Source of the DNA: a virus
Lineage: Duplodnaviria; Caudoviricetes
Strand: one strand, 5' to 3'
IMG/VR virus record: IMGVR_UViG_3300030372_003021
Coordinates: 1-28,798 of that record
DNA: 28,798 nt
The position numbers and the translations under genes were made by a program. The notes under the pieces were generated by a model. That model did no database searches, was not told the DNA's origin, and saw only the letters and a program-made list of their open reading frames with translations. Below are positions 18,989 through 25,953 of this stretch, one piece after another. Positions within the stretch are counted from its first letter, which is position 1. Each line of letters opens with the position of its first letter.

Positions 18989-19377
18989 TAAAAAATATTC
19001 TTAAAAGTTTAGTAGGACAAGCTTCTACTATTATAGACGATGTAGTAACAACTGACGAAGAACGTTTAAAACTTAAAAATGAGTTTGAGAAAGTTATACA
19101 AGACCACGAAAAGGAAATGTTTGCTCTTGAGGTTCAAGACAGAAGTAGTGCTAGAACAATGTTTATGGACGATAGCTTTATACAAAAGATATTGGCTATC
19201 ATTTTTACTTGTGCTTATTTTCTTATATCTTACTTTATGTTCAAGTGTTTTATAACAAATACTTTAGAGCTTTCAGATTACGAAATAGGTTTTATTAGCA
19301 CAGTATTTGGTGCTATGTCAAGCAAAGTAAATACCATTATTGATTTCTTCTTTGGTGGTTCATCAAAATCTAAATAG
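18985..19377 (+). CDS. Holin-like membrane protein (resembles GTA 3TM-holin type)
   Basis: IIDDVVTTDEER, DRSSAR, two C-terminal hydrophobic segments, FFFGGS end; ATGA overlap with endolysin. Confidence 0.7.
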   Translation: MIKNILKSLVGQASTIIDDVVTTDEERLKLKNEFEKVIQDHEKEMFALEVQDRSSARTMFMDDSFIQKILAIIFTCAYFLISYFMFKCFITNTLELSDYEIGFISTVFGAMSSKVNTIIDFFFGGSSKSK

Positions 19378-19673
19378 TGCCTTGGCTTCCTAAAGGCAGA
19401 GATAGACGCTCTAAGGCTGAAAAAAATAGGTCTTGGGGTGGAGATACTTCGTTCTATAGAAAATACGCTTGGAGGAAGCTAAGAAAGGTTGTATTAGACA
19501 AGAACCCTTTGTGCGTTTATTGTTTAAATAATGATATGGTTAAACCTGCTGATGTAGTCGACCACATTGTACCTATCAAACAAGGTGGAGCTGAGTTAGA
19601 CGAATCTAATTTACAAGGATTGTGTCACAGTTGCCACAATAAAAAGACATATTATGAAAACAGACAAAAATAG
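19377..19673 (+). CDS. HNH endonuclease (HK97 gp74-like packaging cofactor)
   Basis: FY...WRKLR, PLCVYC, VDHIVP, NLQGLCHSCHNKK. Confidence 0.92.
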   Translation: MPWLPKGRDRRSKAEKNRSWGGDTSFYRKYAWRKLRKVVLDKNPLCVYCLNNDMVKPADVVDHIVPIKQGGAELDESNLQGLCHSCHNKKTYYENRQK

Positions 19674-20049
19674 ATATAGGAGTAAATATGAAGAAGATGT
19701 TTGTTCTAAATTGCGTAAAAGTAAAATCCCTTTTGAGTATGAAACTATTAATCTTTACTACGAGATTTCCGAACAGCGAAAATATATACCTGATATTATA
19801 CTCCCAAACGGAATTGTTATTGAATTAAAGGGAAGGTTTACCTCTAAGGATCGGAAGAAGATGTTACTGGTAATAGAGCAACACCCTGAATTAGATATAC
19901 GAATGGTCTTTATGAGACCTAACAATAAGTTAAATAAGAATAGTCGCACAACTTATGCCCAATGGTGCGATAAGAATAATATAAAGTGGGCTAACAAATA
20001 TATACCGACAGAATGGATAAGAGAGACAAGAAAACACCCGAAGAGATAG
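19654..20049 (+). CDS. T7 endonuclease I-like junction resolvase
   Basis: YRSKYE, FEYE, YIPDIILPNG, IELKGRF...DRKK, QHPELDIRMVF, TTYAQWC. Confidence 0.9.
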   Translation: MKTDKNRYRSKYEEDVCSKLRKSKIPFEYETINLYYEISEQRKYIPDIILPNGIVIELKGRFTSKDRKKMLLVIEQHPELDIRMVFMRPNNKLNKNSRTTYAQWCDKNNIKWANKYIPTEWIRETRKHPKR

Positions 20050-20114
20050 CTGAAGAAATCTTTGGAAATTGGATAGTGGATTCTACAGAAGAAGAGCAAG
20101 GAGAGGACGGCTAG
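20013..20114 (+). CDS. Small acidic protein, 33 aa (MDKRDKKTPEEIAEEIFGNWIVDSTEEEQGEDG)
   Basis: Fills the gap to the convergence point; TAG 20112-20114. Confidence 0.5.
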   Translation: MDKRDKKTPEEIAEEIFGNWIVDSTEEEQGEDG

Positions 20115-20129
20115 TCCTCTTTTTCTTTT
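20098..20129. terminator. Terminator at the convergence of the two arms, possibly bidirectional
   Basis: AGAGGAC-GGCTA-GTCCTCT stem followed by TTTTCTTTTC; purine tract on the other side. Confidence 0.65.
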
Positions 20130-20404
20130 CCTAAATTTTCTATCTCTAGGTCAAGCATCTTTCTGTTGTGGTTACCACTATCAATAGGCTTAGTCATATT
20201 CCACTCGTATTGAAACGGCTTACTTTCCTCAAGCTCGATTAACTTTTGTAAATACACAGCTAAATCCATCGCTTCTTCTTGAGCGTGTTTAAGCCAATCT
20301 AACTTACTTAAATCTTCTCGCTCCATCGTAGTGCCATATTTCTTTTTGCCCACGTCAGAACGCTTTAAAATCTTAAAACAAACTTGTTCTTCTATACTAC
20401 TCAT
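20111..20404 (-). CDS. Conserved phage protein, possibly MazG-like all-alpha NTP pyrophosphatase
   Basis: GKKKYGTT...WL.HAQEEAMD.AVY acidic helix pattern. Confidence 0.5.
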   Translation of the reverse strand: MSSIEEQVCFKILKRSDVGKKKYGTTMEREDLSKLDWLKHAQEEAMDLAVYLQKLIELEESKPFQYEWNMTKPIDSGNHNRKMLDLEIENLGKEKED

Positions 20405-20415
20405 AATCTCTTTGG

Positions 20416-20607
20416 TTAAAACTTTCCACTTACAGTTCCGTTTGGCTTCTTTATAATACCTCCAAATCCATTATTCTCCTTTACACGATCCATATGCTCA
20501 TCGCAACAAATCGCTTCGGGACTAACTACCTTATCATCAACTACCTTAATTGAATAACTTGATAGCTCTTTAACTTCTTCGCACTTATTACATTTAAACT
20601 TTGCCAT
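20416..20607 (-). CDS. Small zinc-ribbon protein (FmdB-like), start revised to MAKFKC
   Basis: CNKC...CC...M; the longer start at 20664 would run through a terminator and promoter. Confidence 0.65.
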   Translation of the reverse strand: MAKFKCNKCEEVKELSSYSIKVVDDKVVSPEAICCDEHMDRVKENNGFGGIIKKPNGTVSGKF

Positions 20608-20615
20608 AACACTCG

Positions 20616-20646
20616 CTAATTTACAAAAAAAAAGGACATCTACAAG
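20616..20646 (-). promoter_or_regulatory. Bacteroidetes-type promoter for 20607/20404 genes
   Basis: CTTG (20646-20643), 19-nt spacer, TAAATTAG (20623-20616) on - strand. Confidence 0.5.
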
Positions 20647-20657
20647 TAGACATCCTC
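20625..20657 (-). terminator. Strong intrinsic terminator
   Basis: GGATGTCTA-CTTG-TAGATGTCC followed by ~9 T on - strand. Confidence 0.85.
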
Positions 20658-20708
20658 TTTCCATTTTTAACCAAAAAACTTACTAATTATGCAAAAAAAT
20701 CGTAAGAA
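20625..20708 (-). ncRNA. Candidate antisense small RNA (~85 nt)
   Basis: Upstream TATATTTG (20720-20713), 5' hairpin CTTAC/GTAAG, single-stranded TTTTTTGGTTAAAAA, terminator. Confidence 0.55.
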
Positions 20709-20711
20709 TGG

Positions 20712-21143
20712 TCAAATATACAAAACTTTTCCTTTATCATATTCTAAAAAAGTAACATACTTATAAACAAAACTTTTCCTACCAAAGTCAGTAGATTCGG
20801 GCATTGTCCTCCAAAACCAGTTACTTATTTTAGTTTTGTTTAAATTAAATACTAATACAGAATCACAATCAAAGAAATTAATGTACAATCCTTGAGCTGC
20901 TTTTTCATTTTTAGTCTTTCTTAATATCCTTTCGTACTTGTGCATCTCTAGTATTAATCCTTCAGGATATTTACTCTTAGCTGTATCTAAAGTAAAATTT
21001 CTTTGCTTCATCTCGCAATAGAACTTCCTTGCATCCCACTCGTAGGTAAAATCCCAAAAATCATACTTTCCCCCTGAAGGGACACAATTAATTTTATACT
21101 TACTAGCGAATCGGTCTAACAAGTTTAGTTCTTTTTCAGTCAC
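20712..21143 (-). CDS. PD-(D/E)xK nuclease-like protein
   Basis: YDFWDF...FYCEMKQR catalytic pattern. Confidence 0.65.
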   Translation of the reverse strand: MTEKELNLLDRFASKYKINCVPSGGKYDFWDFTYEWDARKFYCEMKQRNFTLDTAKSKYPEGLILEMHKYERILRKTKNEKAAQGLYINFFDCDSVLVFNLNKTKISNWFWRTMPESTDFGRKSFVYKYVTFLEYDKGKVLYI

Positions 21144-21471
21144 TTTTATTTAATTTAGTTAATATATCTAACTCTTGCTTGAGTTCTATAACAGCATTAG
21201 CCATCTCCATTTCATTGGCATTGGCTAAAAACTTTTCTCTTTTATAAGCCATCATTTGTGTGTGTACCCAAGTAAATGCTAACGCACTTTCCTCGAACAC
21301 CTTTAATCTAGGCTTTAACTTCTCAGCTTGAGGGTGTCCCTCGAATTGCTTATACATCTTTAACACCTCGCTTTGATGTGCTATAAACTTATCGAGACTA
21401 TTCATCTCGTCTAAATTCGGGTCGGCTTCTCGCAATAGATTAATTGCTTTCATTGTAATTTGATCAGGCAT
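21136..21471 (-). CDS. Hypothetical helical protein
   Basis: Tightly packed ORF in operon. Confidence 0.75.
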   Translation of the reverse strand: MPDQITMKAINLLREADPNLDEMNSLDKFIAHQSEVLKMYKQFEGHPQAEKLKPRLKVFEESALAFTWVHTQMMAYKREKFLANANEMEMANAVIELKQELDILTKLNKSD

Positions 21472-21474
21472 AAT

Positions 21475-22134
21475 TTAAAGTATAGTTAATTGGTTAGATT
21501 GATTTGATTTATGTATGTTTAATGCTGTTTCTAATATTGTTTTACCTGCTTCGTAATCTACTAGGTTTCTTGCTATTTTTAAAATTAATTTTTTTCCTTT
21601 ATATTTTGTAAAATCGTAATCGTGAAAAGTAGACCAAGTTTTTAAAGATTCGGTATTTCCATTTTTAGCATCACCAAAGTTTTTAACTCTTCCATTTAAA
21701 TTATTAGGTAATCTAAAATTAGTCCAGTACAAATGTCTATCTCGTTTTTTTGGATTAAACATAGGTTCATAGTAAGGTATTACATTTTCAATTACATATT
21801 TATTCTTACAATGATGTTCTAAAAATATTATTTCCTCATATAGTTTCATATCAGGATAAACTGGTTTTTTACCATTAGCACCAAAACCCCAATATCTAGC
21901 CCTACTATGTGTAGGGCAAGGTGGACTACTCCATATAAAATCAAATTCTTGATAATGATCTAATAAATATTGATGTGCATCAGCTACAATTACTTTATCA
22001 TTTGGGAATCTCTCTTTATATAATTTAGCTAATTCATTATCTAATTCAACTGCTGTAACTTCAATATCTTCTTTTACTTCGTTCCACTTGTATCGGTTTC
22101 CACCAAGACAAGCATATAAATTTAATATCTTCAT
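21475..22134 (-). CDS. Orphan C5-cytosine DNA methyltransferase (short)
   Basis: Motif I LNLYACLGG, motif IV SSPPC, motif VI IENV, R.R, C-terminal ARNLV. Confidence 0.85.
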   Translation of the reverse strand: MKILNLYACLGGNRYKWNEVKEDIEVTAVELDNELAKLYKERFPNDKVIVADAHQYLLDHYQEFDFIWSSPPCPTHSRARYWGFGANGKKPVYPDMKLYEEIIFLEHHCKNKYVIENVIPYYEPMFNPKKRDRHLYWTNFRLPNNLNGRVKNFGDAKNGNTESLKTWSTFHDYDFTKYKGKKLILKIARNLVDYEAGKTILETALNIHKSNQSNQLTIL

Positions 22135-22136
22135 AA

Positions 22137-23069
22137 TTAAAATATATCGTTAGTTGGTCTTTTGATTATCGTTTCTTGTATCGGATCAATTAAAGTTCCG
22201 TTCTCATTAAGGTATCTAAACCTACGCAAACTATAAGAATAAAACAAACAGACAGGTGTAAGTTCAGGTGTGGGTACTCCGACTAACTTCTGAAACTTAA
22301 TTTTCTGTGCGTGTATCTCAGTAACATTCCACTTCTCACTTTGTGGGTTACGATGAAATACAAGAAAGTTATCTGCCCTATTTCCAAACATAGCACCAAA
22401 CTCTACATCACTCATATTAGGAGCAGGTCGAGTACCATCTTCGTTTCTTCTTCTGTTAGCTGCTGTTCCTGGATGAACCACTAAGTAGAACATTACATTG
22501 TGCCTTTTAATAAACCTTCTTACATTACTTAAAGCATCGTAATAGTAATCGTACTTACTCATCTTTGGTGGTGCTTTTAAATCGTTTAAAGGGTCTATAG
22601 ATATGCCATCTATCTCAACTACTTGCAAATACTCTTCAAACGATTCTAACACCTCATCTACAGTTGGTGTCTCTTCAAATGTAAGTACAGTAAAATGCTC
22701 ATAAGCCCACTCGATAGCTCTAAGGTAATTGTCTTGACTGATCCTATCGCTAAACTCTTTATCGGCTGTCTTACCACAATACATCTCAGCTATATCTATC
22801 ATCAAGTCACCGATAGGTTCGTTCTCAGGACAATACATAAGCCACTTGTAATTGTAAAGCTTAGAAGCCATCATCATTAAAAAAAGTTGTGTAGTGGTTT
22901 TTCCAATGTTAGCGAATCCAGTCATTATAGTTAGCTCACCTTTACGGAAAGTGTAGTGAGGGTCTAAAGGTTTAATACCAGTAGTAAGACCCTTTGTGTA
23001 ACCATTAGAGTAAATTTCTTTACAATAATCAGTTACCTCTTGTTTGGAGGTCACTTTATAAAGAGCCAT
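22137..23069 (-). CDS. SF4 (DnaB/T7 gp4-like) helicase, motor domain only
   Basis: GELTIMTGFANIGKTT Walker A, ISIDP Walker B, LVVHP, NRAD. Confidence 0.9.
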   Translation of the reverse strand: MALYKVTSKQEVTDYCKEIYSNGYTKGLTTGIKPLDPHYTFRKGELTIMTGFANIGKTTTQLFLMMMASKLYNYKWLMYCPENEPIGDLMIDIAEMYCGKTADKEFSDRISQDNYLRAIEWAYEHFTVLTFEETPTVDEVLESFEEYLQVVEIDGISIDPLNDLKAPPKMSKYDYYYDALSNVRRFIKRHNVMFYLVVHPGTAANRRRNEDGTRPAPNMSDVEFGAMFGNRADNFLVFHRNPQSEKWNVTEIHAQKIKFQKLVGVPTPELTPVCLFYSYSLRRFRYLNENGTLIDPIQETIIKRPTNDIF

Positions 23070-23070
23070 T

Positions 23071-23697
23071 CTAGTTCTTCATAGCATTTAATTGACCTCC
23101 TAAGTAATCAGGATCGGGCTTATCTTTTTTATTCCTTGAAATCCACCCTGAAGCTGCCATCTTCCAATCCTTCATAGGGTTCTTACCTACGTTCCATCCT
23201 TGGGACTCGTAGAAGTAAAAGAACCTTTCAGCTTCCCTTTTGTTGCTACCTTTTTCTAGGAAGTATGTAATAACTTCTTGGGTGGACTCAGGAATATTTC
23301 TTCGACTATTAACAGGTTCTGTTAAACTAATCTTATTGTTAGGAAAGTCTAAACTAATATCGTTTTCATTCAATATTTTTAATATAGACTTATGTACTCT
23401 GTTATTAGGATTAAGTTTGTTACCATATTGAAACTCTATAAAGCCAGTAAGAAACCATCTGCCATTACCTAGAACGCAAATTCTCGGTTTGTTTAAGTTT
23501 ACATTATCTAAGAATGATTGTACATTAATCTCGTTACCTATCAATAATTCAAACATTCTTTTATTCGGTTTGAATATACCTGCGTGGTCACAATTATCGC
23601 AAACGTAAATCCAAAATAATTTATCTGCTAAGGATAGGTCTAAATACCAATCCTCATTCCATTTCATTGTTTCTGTAAATCTCTTTGCCATTTTCAT
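23071..23697 (-). CDS. Replication initiator / replisome organiser
   Basis: N-terminal AKRFTET.KW...CDHAG...FIEFQYG; C-terminal FF.FYES.GW.VGKNPMKDWK.A...W; upstream of helicase. Confidence 0.75.
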   Translation of the reverse strand: MKMAKRFTETMKWNEDWYLDLSLADKLFWIYVCDNCDHAGIFKPNKRMFELLIGNEINVQSFLDNVNLNKPRICVLGNGRWFLTGFIEFQYGNKLNPNNRVHKSILKILNENDISLDFPNNKISLTEPVNSRRNIPESTQEVITYFLEKGSNKREAERFFYFYESQGWNVGKNPMKDWKMAASGWISRNKKDKPDPDYLGGQLNAMKN

Positions 23698-23714
23698 TGG
23701 TTTTTTCTTTGGTT

Positions 23715-23774
23715 AAAAAAAAAGTAGAGGAGAGTAAAACCGACGACCAAATCAAAATCTAACTCCCCTCGTAC
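23715..23774 (-). terminator. Terminator/attenuator hairpin just upstream of initiator gene
   Basis: GAGGGGAGT...ACTCTCCTC stem followed by T9, 17 nt before the ATG. Confidence 0.65.
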
Positions 23775-23934
23775 AAGAACAACCTAGCCGTATTGCTTAA
23801 AACTAGGATTTGAATATGTAGCACTCACGCAGCCCACTCTCGTTATTATAAAAGGTTCTCAGGTTTGGTTTTTGCAATATCGCACTCTGTAGCTGAGATT
23901 ATAAGGGTTTAACAGTTAATCACCCACACCTTTA
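23772..23934 (-). ncRNA. Two adjacent multi-stem RNA structures
   Basis: AAAGGT/ACCTTT enclosing GGGT..ACCC and TCTCAG/CTGAGA; ACGAGAG/TTCTTGT enclosing TGAGTG/TATTCA and CCTAGTT/GGCTAGG. Confidence 0.5.
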
Positions 23935-23938
23935 TTAA

Positions 23939-24301
23939 TTAAAATGGTAAATCTTCCGTTTTGTGAAATCCATCAGCAGAAGCTGTCTCTGTTACAGGAG
24001 TAGTAGATTCAGTAATCTTCTCACTTACTACTTTCCACGCACCAAGATCCGTGTACCATTTGTTGTTAAATTCTCTTGCATTAATATTAAAAAATACCTC
24101 TACAACTTGACCAACTCTATTGTAAGTCATAAAGTTTGTTGTTTTCTCTTCACCAAATACTGTGAAGTAAACATCTTTAGGGTACTCACCTTCTGTGGTG
24201 ATAACAAACCCTAACTTTTTCCATTCCTTTCCCGCTTTTGACGTTCCAGTTTCTAGTTTAGCGATTTTTGTAATCTCGCCTTTTAAAGATAAATCTCTCA
24301 T
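23939..24301 (-). CDS. DUF3127-like OB-fold ssDNA-binding protein
   Basis: GTSKAGKEWKK, YPK, REFN.KWYT.L.AW motifs; C-terminal EDLPF SSB tail. Confidence 0.85.
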   Translation of the reverse strand: MRDLSLKGEITKIAKLETGTSKAGKEWKKLGFVITTEGEYPKDVYFTVFGEEKTTNFMTYNRVGQVVEVFFNINAREFNNKWYTDLGAWKVVSEKITESTTPVTETASADGFHKTEDLPF

Positions 24302-24329
24302 CCTTTTCTTTGTTTAGTTAAAATTAAAA

Positions 24330-24566
24330 TTAAAATTGCTCATAATATTGGTCTACGACCTTTAAAAAAAAATCTCTTGCTTGAGGTGTTTTATTCATTT
24401 CATCAACACATAATCCTACAAGTGGACTAACTTCCTCGTGGTAATTAATGTGAAATCTAATTTGAAACTCATCTTCGTTATCTGTTGATACTACAGATAC
24501 TATTATACTCTCATCTGTTTCCTCTTGGATCGTCTCGTGACAAACGTCTATTCTATCTATCTTCAT
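24330..24566 (-). CDS. Hypothetical acidic protein
   Basis: Overlaps upstream gene in operon. Confidence 0.7.
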   Translation of the reverse strand: MKIDRIDVCHETIQEETDESIIVSVVSTDNEDEFQIRFHINYHEEVSPLVGLCVDEMNKTPQARDFFLKVVDQYYEQF

Positions 24567-24972
24567 TGTATAGTTTTTCTAATTTTTCTATTTGTTCTAT
24601 TTGTGATAAATCAGATGTAATCACTTGTTTTATCTTAGACTTTATTGTACTGTGCCTATTATAAACTAATTTTTTATTTATCATAGCAAATAACTGGTTA
24701 AACATAAAGTCTTGTTTCATTAATATTCTAAACATTTTGACTGAGTGCATCACAGTAGCGTGGTCACAATTAGTAAGTGTACCAATTTCTGCTAAAGGTA
24801 ACTTTTTATCTTGATAAAGCAAGTACCTTAATGAGTGCCTAGCGTAAACTAAATTTCTATCTCTACATTTACTTAACATATCATCTTTAGTAACATTCCA
24901 ATATAAACAAATATCAGGAAGTGCTTTCTCTAACTTTCTTATTCCATAATCAGTAGCTACTCTTCTTCTCAT
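24553..24972 (-). CDS. Stand-alone DnaA C-terminal (domain IV) HTH protein
   Basis: SKCRDRNLVYARH...LAEIG....DHATVMHSVK. Confidence 0.85.
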   Translation of the reverse strand: MRRRVATDYGIRKLEKALPDICLYWNVTKDDMLSKCRDRNLVYARHSLRYLLYQDKKLPLAEIGTLTNCDHATVMHSVKMFRILMKQDFMFNQLFAMINKKLVYNRHSTIKSKIKQVITSDLSQIEQIEKLEKLYNEDR

Positions 24973-25712
24973 AATTCTTCGTGTATTACTTTAGTTTTTG
25001 GTTGGTTTAACATCTCCAGTAAGCTAACGTACTCTTGCCTACCTTGGTCAATAAAATTCTCAGTACATCTAAATATACCTACTTGATAAGGTTCTTGTGT
25101 CTCTACTACAATGAACACAAACTCTTTTGCTCCGAAGCCGTCTAAATAGAACGCAGCTTGTCTGTGGTAATTGTACCTGTAAGCACTCTTTCTAAATTCA
25201 CTTACTGGCTTAGAGGTAGTCTTTATATCTACTAACATATCACCTCCATCAACAACTATATCGGCTTTTCCTTTACACTTTCGCATCGTGTTAAAGTCTA
25301 TCCAACACTTCGGTACTTCCTTCTCAGAGTTATCTAAAATAGATTTAACCTCATCGATCCTGGACAACTTGTCCCGAAGATTCAAAGCTAAATTATACTG
25401 ATCCATTCCGATTACAATACCTTCTCTTTCCTCCATCTTAATCTTCCAAGCTTTATTTAATTTACTCGCCATCGACTTAGTTGGTTCAGGTCTATCTTCA
25501 GGATTAATTACAACAAACTTACGTTGAAACTCTTTAGGTTCTAATATAAGTGTGTGAACTAAATTTCCAAACCTTAAAGCAGGTGAGTCGATTGTACCTC
25601 CACGCTTCATCATCTCGTAGTACTCCCACCCTTTTTTTAAGTAACCTAATTGAGAGTTAGTAGTGTACTCCCAGTCTCCGTAGTATTCTTGGTCAGTCTT
25701 AAATGTTTTCAT
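24969..25712 (-). CDS. RecE/exonuclease VIII-like PD-(D/E)xK nuclease
   Basis: FGNLVHTLILEP, KGKAD, VDIKTT, YHRQAAFY, FIVVE..EPY. Confidence 0.88.
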   Translation of the reverse strand: MKTFKTDQEYYGDWEYTTNSQLGYLKKGWEYYEMMKRGGTIDSPALRFGNLVHTLILEPKEFQRKFVVINPEDRPEPTKSMASKLNKAWKIKMEEREGIVIGMDQYNLALNLRDKLSRIDEVKSILDNSEKEVPKCWIDFNTMRKCKGKADIVVDGGDMLVDIKTTSKPVSEFRKSAYRYNYHRQAAFYLDGFGAKEFVFIVVETQEPYQVGIFRCTENFIDQGRQEYVSLLEMLNQPKTKVIHEEL

Positions 25713-25798
25713 TATTTTTTATCTTCTAATGTTAAAGATAAATACGCTATATAACTCAAAATAATTAGTATTACTAATAATGGTATATACATCTCCAT
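25712..25798 (-). CDS. Single-TM microprotein, 28 aa (MEMYIPLLVILIILSYIAYLSLTLEDKK)
   Basis: TAATG overlap with the nuclease start; hydrophobic helix. Confidence 0.6.
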   Translation of the reverse strand: MEMYIPLLVILIILSYIAYLSLTLEDKK

Positions 25799-25800
25799 AA

Positions 25801-25953
25801 TTACTTTAGTTTATCAATTAATTTATTTACACTATCGTTACTTTCAAATAGCCAAGCAAAAATACTTCCTACAATGTGAGTTACAAAACAAACCCAAATC
25901 CACCAAGGAGCTTTAGCTACTACTAATATCCATAGAATACAAATTAGTAACAT
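25801..25953 (-). CDS. Trp-rich two-TM protein, 50 aa (MLLICILWILVVAKAPWWIWVCFVTH...)
   Basis: TGATG overlap with upstream stop; fills gap exactly. Confidence 0.7.
   Translation of the reverse strand: MLLICILWILVVAKAPWWIWVCFVTHIVGSIFAWLFESNDSVNKLIDKLK

Noticed and set aside
1192-19949. Minus-strand ORFs in the late arm (1192, 4923, 5962, 8467, 10314, 11502, 11938, 12728, 13667, 17399, 18451, 19758) and out-of-frame + ORFs (9852, 18594)
   Set aside because: Shadows of well-supported genes with no motifs of their own
20608-20664. N-terminal extension MERGCLLVDV... of ORF 20416
   Set aside because: Runs through a strong terminator and a promoter; ATG at 20607 fits better
20689-20766. 25-aa + strand ORF (MQKNRKNG...) opposite the candidate sRNA, as a type I toxin
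   Set aside because: Not hydrophobic and no + strand promoter seen; kept only as an alternative reading of the sRNA locus
23780-23830. SAM-II-like words (CCGTATTGC...TGTAGC) on + and T-loop-like TTCAAATCC on -
   Set aside because: SAM-II GAUUU loop and GCUAAA are missing and orientation is wrong; no tRNA cloverleaf; no hammerhead core
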